A DNA stretch of 64,000 bases from an uncultured delta proteobacterium (GTDB taxonomy: Bacteria; Desulfobacterota; DSM-4660; Desulfatiglandales; HGW-15): positions 22,864-86,863 of the forward strand of contig CAVUFY010000011.1 in the NCBI GenBank assembly GCA_963740905.1. Reading direction: 5' to 3'. A program made the position numbers and the translations under genes. Under the pieces are notes generated by a model, which did no database searches, was not told the DNA's origin, and was given only the letters and a program-made list of their open reading frames with translations. Shown piece by piece: positions 47,613-56,783 of the stretch (the stretch's first letter is position 1; the number at the start of each line of letters is the position of its first letter).

Positions 47613-48650
47613 ATGAAGAAAGGTATGATTGTGGCGAGTCTGTTTTTCATCGGAGCATTCTTTTTTTCCACGGCCATCTCCGTTACACCGGTAGGAGCGG
47701 CAACCTACAGCTTCACTTACAGCACCTTCTTCCCGCCAACTCACATTCAGACGAAGGTCCCCGAAGCTTGGGCCAAGGAGATCGAAAAACTTTCCAAAGG
47801 TCAGATCAAGATACAGATATTCACCGGAGGGTCTTTGACTCCGGCTCCACAGATCTACGACGGAGTCGTCAAAGGCATCTCGGATTTCGGCTTGTCCGTT
47901 TTCGCCTATTCTCCGGGGCGGTTCCCCGTCGTATCGGCGGTTGACAATCCCTTCGGCTACCCCAACGCCTTTGTTGCGACAAGGGTTATCAATGAGCTCA
48001 ACAGAAAATTTCATCCCAAGGAGCTGAGCGATGTTCACGTCTGCTACCTTTTCGCCCATGGCCCCGGCGTGCTCCACACGGCAAGCAAACCGGTCAGGAC
48101 GCTGGAGGAGGTGAAGGGGTTGAAGATCCGGTCGACCGGAACAAGCCAGTTGATCGTCAGGGCATTCGGAGCCGTCCCCGTGGCCATGTCCCAGGGTGAA
48201 ACCTATGACGCGCTTAAGAAGAACATCGTGGACGGCACCCTGTCCCCCATAGAAACGCTGGAGGGTTTCAAGCAGGCCGAGGTGCTCAAGTATACCACAC
48301 TGGACTACAGCGCCTCCTATTCTCAGGGATTCTTCGTCGTAATGAACCTCAAGAAATGGAACAGCCTTCCGCCCGACCTCCAGAAGATCATCACCGAGGT
48401 GAGCAAAAAATACGAAGACATCACGGCTAAGGCATGGGGGGAAAGCGATGAATCGGGGCGAAAATTCGCCCTGAAGCTGGGCCATGAATTCATTAAACTG
48501 TCTGACGAGGAATCCGCGAAGTTCAAAGCAGCCGTGAAGCCGGTCTTCGAAGAGTATATCAAGCAGGCGAACGCGAAGGGCGTTGACGGGGAAGCCGTGT
48601 TCAAGGCAGCGCAGGAAATGGTTGAAAAATACAGCAAGGAATATAAATAG
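47613..48650 (+). CDS. dctP: TRAP transporter substrate-binding protein
   Basis: SD AGGAGG, signal peptide, KGLKIRS, ETYDALKKNIVDG and VMNLKKW. Confidence 0.92.
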   Translation: MKKGMIVASLFFIGAFFFSTAISVTPVGAATYSFTYSTFFPPTHIQTKVPEAWAKEIEKLSKGQIKIQIFTGGSLTPAPQIYDGVVKGISDFGLSVFAYSPGRFPVVSAVDNPFGYPNAFVATRVINELNRKFHPKELSDVHVCYLFAHGPGVLHTASKPVRTLEEVKGLKIRSTGTSQLIVRAFGAVPVAMSQGETYDALKKNIVDGTLSPIETLEGFKQAEVLKYTTLDYSASYSQGFFVVMNLKKWNSLPPDLQKIITEVSKKYEDITAKAWGESDESGRKFALKLGHEFIKLSDEESAKFKAAVKPVFEEYIKQANAKGVDGEAVFKAAQEMVEKYSKEYK

Positions 48651-48839
48651 CACTTGTTCTTTTGATGGGTAGTCCGAGAAAGGCACGCGGTACAGGGCGC
48701 ACGGCAGGTGGCCCACGAAAAACGATTCCTCTTTTCCCTGTACCGTGCGCCTTGAGCCGTGTACTATTTCGAGACCACACCTTCGGCCTGGCTGGCATCC
48801 CTTTTGGTTGAGGCCGAAGGCTTCGATGGAAGGAGAGTC

Positions 48840-50384
48840 ATGATCATCGGCGATCTGTTGGTGAGAAACGCGAACAAATTCCCCCACAAACCGGCAGTTA
48901 TCTCCGAAACGCGCTCCCTGACCTTTCGAGAGTTGAACGACCGGGTGAACCGGCTGGCCAATTCGCTCCTGGATTCAGGGTTGAGGAAAGGGGACCGAAT
49001 CGGCGTTCTGGTGCACAATTGCCACCAGTTTGTCGAACTGTATTTTGCGTCGGCCAAGACGGGCGCGGTTTTCTGCCCCTATAATAATCACTTCAAACAA
49101 TCGGAGTTGAAGGACATTATTGATTACTCGACTCCGAAATTCCTTGTCGCGGACAGTGATTTCCTCGAGATGATGCGCGCTCTGGAGCCGGACTTGAACT
49201 CGGTGAGGAAATATATCTGTCTGGAAAAGACCTCCCTTCCTTTTATGGACGACTACGAGACCTTGATTGCCATCGGACGCGCAGAGGAACCGAACGCAAG
49301 AGTGGTGGAAGACGACGTGTTGAGCATCGTCTTCACGGGAGGCACCACAGGAAAACCAAAGGGCGCGATGAGGACCCACCGGCATCTTGTGTCGGATGCG
49401 GTTGCAGGGGTCATTGAATTGAAGGTCGGGTACGACGAGAGGGTCCTGATCACCTTTCCCATGTATCATGTTGCCTGCGAAGACAACATCGTACGCCACT
49501 CCTTCATGCCGAATACCCTTTACATCCGGCGTGAGGGCGCATTTAACCCCGAACAGGTTCTCGATTACATTTCGAGAGAGCGGATATCGCGATGCCAGTT
49601 TGTACCGACCATGATCCACAGCCTCATCCAGGTTCCGGATGTGGACAAATATGACTTGAGCAGTCTGCGCCTGATCATTTATGCCGCGTCTGTCATGCCC
49701 GTTGAACTCCTGAAAAAGGCCTTGGCAATTTTTCCATGCGGTTTTGCTCAGCTTTACGGTCAGACGGAGAGCGGCCCCCTTACCTCCGTGCTTAAGCCGG
49801 AAGACCATGTTCTTGACGGGTCTGCAAAATGTCTCGCAAGGCTCGCTTCGTGTGGAAAACCCGTGATCAACTACGAGATAAGAGTTGTGGACGAAGATGA
49901 TCACGACGTCCCGATCGGGGAGGTGGGCGAGATCATAGGCCGCAGTGAAGCCATGATGATGGGATACTGGCAAATGCCTGAACAAACCGCAAAGAAGCTA
50001 AAGAACGGATGGCTCCACACGGGTGATCTGGGAAGGTTGGACGAGGACGGTTACGTTTACGTGGTAGAGAGAAAGGACGACCTGATCATTTCCGGGGGTG
50101 TCAATGTTTATCCCCGTGAGATTGAAGAGGTCCTTTACGGGCATCCTGCTGTCTCGGAGGCCTCCGTTATAGGCTTGCCCGACGAGCATTGGGGAGAGGT
50201 TGTGAAGGCAGTCATTGTCCCGAAGGAAGGCGTCGACGTCACGGAGAGAGACATCATCGAGTTTTGCGGCAGAAACCTCGCAGGGTTCAAGAAGCCGAAA
50301 AGCGTAGACTTCTGGAAAGAGTTGCCCAAGAGTCCGCAGGGAAAGATCCTCAAGAAGGAAATCCGCAAGCATTATGGATCTTAG
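48840..50384 (+). CDS. Acyl-CoA synthetase (long-chain-fatty-acid--CoA ligase family)
   Basis: FTGGTTGKPKG, YGQTE, GWLHTGDLG, SGGVNVYP and PQGKI. Confidence 0.93.
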   Translation: MIIGDLLVRNANKFPHKPAVISETRSLTFRELNDRVNRLANSLLDSGLRKGDRIGVLVHNCHQFVELYFASAKTGAVFCPYNNHFKQSELKDIIDYSTPKFLVADSDFLEMMRALEPDLNSVRKYICLEKTSLPFMDDYETLIAIGRAEEPNARVVEDDVLSIVFTGGTTGKPKGAMRTHRHLVSDAVAGVIELKVGYDERVLITFPMYHVACEDNIVRHSFMPNTLYIRREGAFNPEQVLDYISRERISRCQFVPTMIHSLIQVPDVDKYDLSSLRLIIYAASVMPVELLKKALAIFPCGFAQLYGQTESGPLTSVLKPEDHVLDGSAKCLARLASCGKPVINYEIRVVDEDDHDVPIGEVGEIIGRSEAMMMGYWQMPEQTAKKLKNGWLHTGDLGRLDEDGYVYVVERKDDLIISGGVNVYPREIEEVLYGHPAVSEASVIGLPDEHWGEVVKAVIVPKEGVDVTERDIIEFCGRNLAGFKKPKSVDFWKELPKSPQGKILKKEIRKHYGS

Positions 50385-50408
50385 GCAACTCGGCAGCCGA
50401 GGAAAGTC

Positions 50409-51266
50409 TTAGGTAGTGGATAATCCCGCTTCCTGGTTACTTCCCCGGTGTGGAGACCTGCTTTCAGGCATGATATGGAATCTTTCTCGTATTCTTTCCA
50501 GGGAAACGAGTCTAACGTTTCTCGATGAAGGAGTGAGAAAAGATTTCAATTTCACTTCTAACACTCTTGGGTTAATTTCCCTTTGGATGGCAAGCGCCCC
50601 TTCCATGATGATCTTCTGAAGAAGCAGTTCATGATTTGTCCTTTCCCTCAGGTTGGCCGCAAAGGGGACCAGGAATAGATAAGAGAAGATAACCCCGTAC
50701 AGAGTTGAAGTGAGCGCGATGGGTATCGTGGCGATTATAACCGACGTGTCACCGATGCCTGAAAGCATACCGATTAATCCCACTACGCTTCCCACAAGAC
50801 CGAAGGAAGGACATATTTCGGCCATGGTTCTCAAGACATCTTCTGATTCCTGGCGACGAAGCTTAAAAAAGACCATCTCCGTAGTCAAAATATCCTTAAT
50901 TTCTTCGGGAGAATAAGCATCCACCAGAAAACCCAGGGCGCGCCTGAGAAAGAGGATAGAGGTCTCCCTCTCATCTTCTTGCAGAGAAAGGAGTCCCTTA
51001 AATCTACTTTTCACGGATAAGTCGATCAGGATTCTTACTATTTCATCCGGTTCTTTTAGCCGGCTTCGATAGAGCCCTTTGAGCACTTGCAAGAGAATGG
51101 CCAATTGCTTGGTCCTGAAACTGATCAAGGTGGCAGCAAAGGTTCCTCCGATCACCACAAGCAGTCCAGCCAAGTTAAAGTACAGCCCGATGTGTCCCTG
51201 GAGAATAAAGCCAACCACTATCAGGAAGACACAGGAGAGCACTCCGATTGCTTTTTTGGTATCCAT
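50409..51266 (-). CDS. motA: MotA/PomA-family stator A subunit
   Basis: GLLVVIGGT, GLLSLQE, PSFGLVGSVVGLI and ALTSTLYG. Confidence 0.85.
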   Translation of the reverse strand: MDTKKAIGVLSCVFLIVVGFILQGHIGLYFNLAGLLVVIGGTFAATLISFRTKQLAILLQVLKGLYRSRLKEPDEIVRILIDLSVKSRFKGLLSLQEDERETSILFLRRALGFLVDAYSPEEIKDILTTEMVFFKLRRQESEDVLRTMAEICPSFGLVGSVVGLIGMLSGIGDTSVIIATIPIALTSTLYGVIFSYLFLVPFAANLRERTNHELLLQKIIMEGALAIQREINPRVLEVKLKSFLTPSSRNVRLVSLERIRERFHIMPESRSPHRGSNQEAGLSTT

Positions 51267-52222
51267 CTTGACTCCTTTTGCAAGAGCGAATACTTCTCAA
51301 AGAAAAACAGGTCGCTTGAAGAATCATAGAATTTGGGGCCGGTGAGATCGAGCGGTAACACGCCGGGATTTCCATGACGACCTTCCCTGGTAATGTAGAT
51401 TTCCACGCGCCGGTTAAGCGCGCGATCAAAATCATTGTCATTTGGGTGTACCGGATGGAATTCGGCGTACGCGTTGATCCGAACCTGACTCGGCGATAAA
51501 AACATATGATCAATTAAGAATCTTGCGGTGACACAGGCTCGGGCCGCTGAGAGTTCCCAGTTGGAGGGGAACCTTTTTGTGTTGATTGGGAGGTTGTCTG
51601 TGTGCCCGGCCACCGTGATGGTATAAGGGATTTCTCTGACAACTGTGCCGAGTTTTTCAAGGACCTCCACGGCGCTTTCCTTTAACTCGGCCTCTCCGCT
51701 AGCAAACAATACGTCGCTTGTTAAGACAATTCTTACCGCTTTGCCCTCAACCAGGCTTGCTGAGGCTACGCCTTCGAGGTGCTCGGATTTTAAGAACTCC
51801 TGACTCATATGGTAAAGATTCGAAATTTGACGGGAATCGCTTTCTTCATTCACTGCTTTTGCCAACATGCCCCTCTCATTGGAAGGCTGAAAAGCTGGGT
51901 CTATCCGCTTGGGCACTGAAGGAACCTCCCTTTTGGCTGTGTGCCAAACAAACAGGACGGCAAAAAGTATGAACATGGTCATCATGAGGTCTCCCCATGG
52001 GATAGACCAATGCAGAGCCCGTCGTGACCCGCCCTTGGCGAATAGATGCTCACCGTCGAAGAGCAAATAGTCTGCACATGCATCCATCCTCGGAGTCAAG
52101 CCCGATGACGGGAATTGAAGGCTCACGGCCTCTTCACTTTGGTGGCGAGCTTCAGAACGTTCTTTCTTTTTGGCATCGAAGTCTGCGTTTTTGTCCACTT
52201 GGACGGTCCTCAAGAATTTCAA
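51221..52222 (-). CDS. motB: MotB/PomB-family stator B subunit with OmpA-like domain
   Basis: TM WSIPWGDLMMTMFILF (conserved Asp), LFASG, GHTDN, SNWELSAARA and NRRVEI; start and 46-nt overlap with motA uncertain. Confidence 0.85.
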   Translation of the reverse strand: MKFLRTVQVDKNADFDAKKKERSEARHQSEEAVSLQFPSSGLTPRMDACADYLLFDGEHLFAKGGSRRALHWSIPWGDLMMTMFILFAVLFVWHTAKREVPSVPKRIDPAFQPSNERGMLAKAVNEESDSRQISNLYHMSQEFLKSEHLEGVASASLVEGKAVRIVLTSDVLFASGEAELKESAVEVLEKLGTVVREIPYTITVAGHTDNLPINTKRFPSNWELSAARACVTARFLIDHMFLSPSQVRINAYAEFHPVHPNDNDFDRALNRRVEIYITREGRHGNPGVLPLDLTGPKFYDSSSDLFFFEKYSLLQKESRWIPKKQSECSPVSS

Positions 52223-52314
52223 CGATTACTGTCCGGTCCGATTGCCTGCAGAGAGGTGCGACATCCCGGTTGTCAGCCCCTTTGCGCCGTACTTGATATC
52301 TATCCATAATCCGT

Positions 52315-52330
52315 AGCCAAAATCGTGCCA
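52315..52330 (-). promoter_or_regulatory. Candidate sigma54 promoter for motB-motA
   Basis: Minus strand reads TGGCAC-GATTT-TGGCT (GG-N10-GC, imperfect -12 box). Confidence 0.45.
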
Positions 52331-52711
52331 GATACTTCTCCCCGTGCAAGGCATGGATATTTCAAAATTTATCAGCAGCCGACACTCAGATCGCATAGAC
52401 CCTGCGGAAATTTTTTCCCTGCAAGCACCGGAAAGGAGGAAAACTTTGCAGTCATGACCGTTCAAGCACGAGGGAGTGAGGCCAGGCTCAGGGAAACCTC
52501 TGGGCCTGCCCAGGGCTCCCGAACACTGGATGTCACGTGTACGACTTCTGGGTTAGGGTCAAGTAATTGAGACTTCAATCGACGCGGAAGAAGAACTAAG
52601 AACTTATCGGGCGGGAAACAGGCAAGCTTCTAGCGCAGGCTCGAAGGGTAAGCTCGTCTCATGAAAACCGATAATCTCTGAGGGCGAATGATCATTAGCC
52701 CGGATGCTCAG

Positions 52712-53101
52712 TCAACCGACCTCTTGTTTGTAGGCGAGTTCTCCCTGAAGCGTATCCATAAACCCTCTCTTCTGATGGCTGATCTTGGCGTTCTTGGAGC
52801 CGAAGAATTCAACCAGGTATCCGTAAGCTTTCTCGTGATTCATGCCCTGTCCGCAGGTTTCGAAGGTGACCGCCGCGAAATTATATTCCGGCCAAGTATG
52901 AACAGCCAGATGGGACTCAGCGATGGTTACGGTTCCGCTCACACCCCAAGGTTTAAAGGTATGAAAACAATGCGCGACCACTTCAGCACCCATGAGCCTG
53001 GCTGCTGTGAGCATCCCCTCCTTGATCCGATCCGCATCAAGGAGTGTCTCGTGGTCGCACTCATAGAAATCGATGAGCACAAGGTCAAGCAAGGAATACA
53101 T
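52712..53101 (-). CDS. speD: S-adenosylmethionine decarboxylase proenzyme
   Basis: HTFKPWGVSG, IAESHLAVHTWPE (pyruvoyl cleavage site) and ETCG. Confidence 0.92.
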   Translation of the reverse strand: MYSLLDLVLIDFYECDHETLLDADRIKEGMLTAARLMGAEVVAHCFHTFKPWGVSGTVTIAESHLAVHTWPEYNFAAVTFETCGQGMNHEKAYGYLVEFFGSKNAKISHQKRGFMDTLQGELAYKQEVG

Positions 53102-53234
53102 TTTCCTCACCCCCTTTCTTTCAGATTACGTGCTGAATTTCTCAACCCCCCTTTTCGTCCGATCCCGATTATCCGAGATGGCCCTTTCACGGGAAAATTT
53201 TAATATTCCTATATAAATGTCCCTCGGATTTATG

Positions 53235-54269
53235 TCAAACCTTTTTCCGCATTTTATTTATTCCCGACTTGAAGGGCGGTTTCACCAAACCCCTTTCCGT
53301 GATGATGGCGGTGATGTACTTGCTCGGGGTGATGTCAAACGCCGGGTTGAAAGCCTTGACGCCTTCCGGTCCTATCCGCCGTTTCCCAAAACAGCATATT
53401 TCACGTCCCTCTCTCTCTTCAACGGGAATCATCTCACCGGACCGGATGGTCAAGTCAATGGTCGAAAGAGGAGCCGCCACATAAAATGGTATGCCGTTTT
53501 CCCTCGCCAGCACAGCCACCTGATAGGTTCCGATTTTATTGGCCACATCTCCGTTGGCGGCGATCCGGTCCGCACCTGTAATGACCAGGTCCACCGTTTT
53601 TCTTCGCATGAGGTAACCTGCCGCGCTGTCGGCGATAACGGTGACCGGGATACCCTCCTCCATCAGTTCGAAAGCCGTCAGTCTGAGGCCTTGCAGCCAG
53701 GGTCTGGTTTCATCTGCTATCACTTGGAGTTGTTTTCCCCTCTCCTGGGCCGCCCTGATGACGCCCAGCGCCGTGCCGTACCCCCCGGTGGCGAGAGATC
53801 CCGCATTACAGTGGGTCAGGATGGTGGCGCGTCGGGGCACGATTCGTTGTCCATGCTGCCCAATCTTTCTGTTGATCGCGATATCCTCACTGAGGATCTT
53901 CTCCGATTCTTCCCGCAGGGTTCTCTTGATGTCTTCCAGAGGCAAGAGGGCCGCCCGATCCGCCACTGTTGCCATTCTCTCCACAGCCCATCTCAGGTTC
54001 ACTGCCGTGGGCCTCGCCTGCGCCATCCGGTCGCACATTTCCCGGAAGCGCCTTCGAAACGTCGCCTTTGACTTGATGGTCTGAACTCCCAGAGCCAGTC
54101 CCATGGCTGCGGCCACACCGATCGCCGGCGCTCCCCGGATTACCATCCCCTGTATGGCCCGGACGACGTCCATGTGGGTCCTGCATATGTACCACTCGAT
54201 CGTGCCGGGGAGTTTCCTTTGATCGAGCATGCGGACATGGTCGGCATGCCATTCAATAGTCGGTAGCAT
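53235..54269 (-). CDS. mtnA: Methylthioribose-1-phosphate isomerase
   Basis: LDQRKLP, IRGAPAIG, RPTAVNL, THCNAGSLAT, ETRPWLQG, GADRI..GDVANKIGT and NPAFDITP. Confidence 0.95.
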   Translation of the reverse strand: MLPTIEWHADHVRMLDQRKLPGTIEWYICRTHMDVVRAIQGMVIRGAPAIGVAAAMGLALGVQTIKSKATFRRRFREMCDRMAQARPTAVNLRWAVERMATVADRAALLPLEDIKRTLREESEKILSEDIAINRKIGQHGQRIVPRRATILTHCNAGSLATGGYGTALGVIRAAQERGKQLQVIADETRPWLQGLRLTAFELMEEGIPVTVIADSAAGYLMRRKTVDLVITGADRIAANGDVANKIGTYQVAVLARENGIPFYVAAPLSTIDLTIRSGEMIPVEEREGREICCFGKRRIGPEGVKAFNPAFDITPSKYITAIITERGLVKPPFKSGINKMRKKV

Positions 54270-54283
54270 AGGGCTCCTTCGTC

Positions 54284-54319
54284 GCTTGATGAAATCTGCC
54301 GAGGCAGATTTCATCAAGC
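54284..54319. repeat. Perfect palindrome GCTTGATGAAATCTGC-CGAG-GCAGATTTCATCAAGC
   Basis: 16-bp arms overlapping the ilvE stop codon. Confidence 0.8.
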
Positions 54320-55387
54320 TATCTTTTCCCTCCAACCGTAGGGATCTTCCTTCTCGCCGTACTGGATCGCCACGATCTCGTTGTAGAGCTTCTGGGAAAG
54401 ATCTCCCATCTCTCCCCCTGCGACAATGTAATCCGTCCCTCTGTACGTGATCTGCCCCACCGGGGAGATGACCGCCGCCGTTCCTGTGCCGAAAGCTTCC
54501 TTCAGGGTTCCCTTGGCGGCTGCTGCGATCACCTCGTCGATGCTCAAGGAGCGCTCAGACATTTTCAGTCCCCACTTCTTCACCATATGAATTACCGAGT
54601 CCCTGGTGATGCCGGGAAGAATGCTGCCGGTCAAAGGCGCCGTGATGACTTCATTGCCGATGACGAAGAACATGTTCATGGTCCCCACTTCTTCCACAAA
54701 CTTCCGTTCTCTCGCATCCAGCCACAAGACCTGTGTGAAACCTTTCTCCTTAGCTTCTTCCGCTGCGAGCAGGCTTGCAGCATAATTGGCTACGGTCTTG
54801 GCTTCGCCCAGACCGCCAAGCGGGGCGCGGACGTATTTGTCCTCCACATAGATTTTTACCGGGTTCAAGCCTTCCTTGTAATAAGCTCCTACAGGGCCGA
54901 TGATGATATAAAACAGGTAGGCATGGGCCGGACGAACTCCCAGATGCGGTTCCACCGCGATCATGGTGGGCCTGATGTAGAGCGAGGTTCCCTGAGTATG
55001 AGGGACCCAGGCTTTGTCCAGCAAAATGAGCCTCTTCAGGACTTGCACCCCGAAGCCCACGTCCAGTTCAGGCATACACACGCGCACAGCGGAACGATTC
55101 ATCCTGATGAGATTGTCCCTGGCACGGAAAAGGTAAACGCTCCCGTCTTTCCCGCGATAGGCTTTCAGCCCCTCGAATACTTCCTGGCCGTAATGAAGAA
55201 CCATGGCCGCCGGATCAAGGGATAGGGGACTGTAAGGTTCAATGCGCGGGTTAAGCCATCCCTTCCCCTTTTCATAGTCCATGAGAAACATGTGGTCTGT
55301 GAAAATATCCCCGAAACCGAGTTTGGACTCGTCGGTGGGTTTCTGCTTCAATTGGTCCGGCTTGGCCGGCATCACTTTGATTTCCAT
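54314..55387 (-). CDS. ilvE: Branched-chain amino acid aminotransferase
   Basis: LGFG..FTDHM, LHYGQEVFEGLKA, LYIRP, AK..ANY, EVGTMN, LPGITR and GTAAVISP. Confidence 0.95.
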   Translation of the reverse strand: MEIKVMPAKPDQLKQKPTDESKLGFGDIFTDHMFLMDYEKGKGWLNPRIEPYSPLSLDPAAMVLHYGQEVFEGLKAYRGKDGSVYLFRARDNLIRMNRSAVRVCMPELDVGFGVQVLKRLILLDKAWVPHTQGTSLYIRPTMIAVEPHLGVRPAHAYLFYIIIGPVGAYYKEGLNPVKIYVEDKYVRAPLGGLGEAKTVANYAASLLAAEEAKEKGFTQVLWLDARERKFVEEVGTMNMFFVIGNEVITAPLTGSILPGITRDSVIHMVKKWGLKMSERSLSIDEVIAAAAKGTLKEAFGTGTAAVISPVGQITYRGTDYIVAGGEMGDLSQKLYNEIVAIQYGEKEDPYGWREKIA

Positions 55388-55485
55388 GGTTCATCTTCCT
55401 CCCCTGACGACAAATCTGAAGTCTTCTGAATAGCATATCCCCTTCCGGGCGACAACCAAAAGTTTGACGGGAAGGAGCTCTTGCC

Positions 55486-56769
55486 TCAGCGGACCTCCGG
55501 AATGACATTCCCGCCCGACGGAAAAACAGCTACGCCTGCGATCGGCATATTTTTCGCCGCATCATCCACCGCTTCCTGAATGGTCCGGGCGTAGGTGTAC
55601 TTCATCATGGCCACCTGCTCGCGAGAAAGCCCCTCGGTCACGTGGTAGACTTTGAATTTCTCGGCATATTCCTTGAAGTAAACCACTTGCATAATGTAGG
55701 AAATCCCGAAAGGCCTCAGGTGTTCGGGAATGTCTCCGTCTCGAAGTCTCCGGTGAAAATCGGTGGCGCTTTCCGGACTGGCCATTTCTTTAACCAGGGG
55801 CATGATCTGGCTCGCTTCCCTTTGCGGGGCGACCCAGATGATCGCTCCTCCTGTTCGTGTGCAGAAGCTGGCCATGGTGAGGGCCTTGGTCGCCTGAACC
55901 CCGTACTCCATCGGATAAGCCGAAGTGATCGTCACATCAGCAAGCCTGGGAAGCGGGATGAGGTAAAGGGACTCGGCATACCTGGACGCTTCACGATGTT
56001 CTGCGACCGGGTCCCCTGCAAAGGCCCGGATGATTTCCTTTTTCTCGTTCATGATGAGATCCACCTTGAAAGCCATCCGGGAAATCCTGCCGGCATCCAC
56101 GATTTCTTCATAAAAGAAATTCCCGTCCATCACGTTCACCTTGCTGCCGGGATGTCTCATCCAGGTGAAATGATGATCCGCAACGGCCCGGTAAGAACAC
56201 ACCCCAGGCATCACCAGCTTGAACGATCCTCCGTATCCGGCAATGGGATGGGGCATGCATTCTCCCACGCCGATGATGAGGTCTGCGAAAGCCACATGTT
56301 TGTTGATCTCCACGAGGGTGCCCCTGTGAGTCCTGCCGACGATTACGTTGTCTTTTGCGTGGGGATCGTGACAGAACAGGCGGCCTCCCAGCCTGGAAAA
56401 CGCTTCCTGACCGATCTTGAGTTTCAATTGCTCCGGAGACAGCAATTGATGCGTTCCAAGAGCGCATACGGCCTTGATTCTTTCGTCCGGAATGCCCGCC
56501 CGATTCAGGCGATTCATGATTCTGGGAAGCACGATATGAGCGGGTGTCGGCCTCTGCAGATCATCGAAGAGCAGCACCGCTTCCATGCCGGCACGACCGA
56601 GATCCTCAATCCTTGCCGATCCGATGGGCTTGTCAAGGGCTCGTTCGATCTCTGCGACGGCATCCTTGACCGTGGGTGCGGCGGGCCGATCCTGACCTGA
56701 GATCACGGTCCACTTCTCCGGCAGAGAAAACTCCTTCCTGTTCCCTTCATAGTTCACATAGGCATCCAT
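55486..56769 (-). CDS. LarA-family (nickel-pincer-dependent) racemase/epimerase homolog
   Basis: ALDKPIGS, DDLQRPTP, ALGTH, T.RGT.VEIN, PHPIAGYGGSFK..PG, HH and QATKA. Confidence 0.85.
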   Translation of the reverse strand: MDAYVNYEGNRKEFSLPEKWTVISGQDRPAAPTVKDAVAEIERALDKPIGSARIEDLGRAGMEAVLLFDDLQRPTPAHIVLPRIMNRLNRAGIPDERIKAVCALGTHQLLSPEQLKLKIGQEAFSRLGGRLFCHDPHAKDNVIVGRTHRGTLVEINKHVAFADLIIGVGECMPHPIAGYGGSFKLVMPGVCSYRAVADHHFTWMRHPGSKVNVMDGNFFYEEIVDAGRISRMAFKVDLIMNEKKEIIRAFAGDPVAEHREASRYAESLYLIPLPRLADVTITSAYPMEYGVQATKALTMASFCTRTGGAIIWVAPQREASQIMPLVKEMASPESATDFHRRLRDGDIPEHLRPFGISYIMQVVYFKEYAEKFKVYHVTEGLSREQVAMMKYTYARTIQEAVDDAAKNMPIAGVAVFPSGGNVIPEVR

Positions 56770-56783
56770 TCCTTGCGCCTCCT

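Noticed and set aside
41168-49985. Long - strand ORFs 41168-42418, 47547-48887 and 48975-49985
   Set aside because: Antisense shadows of the prpD-like gene, dctP and the CoA ligase
51221-51310. 46-nt motB/motA overlap as a biological feature
   Set aside because: One extra T in the run at 51303-51307 would give a stop before the motA SD; given other indels it may be an artefact
50409-52222. Zorya ZorAB defence system
   Set aside because: The A subunit lacks the long ZorA tail and no zorC, zorD or zorE is nearby
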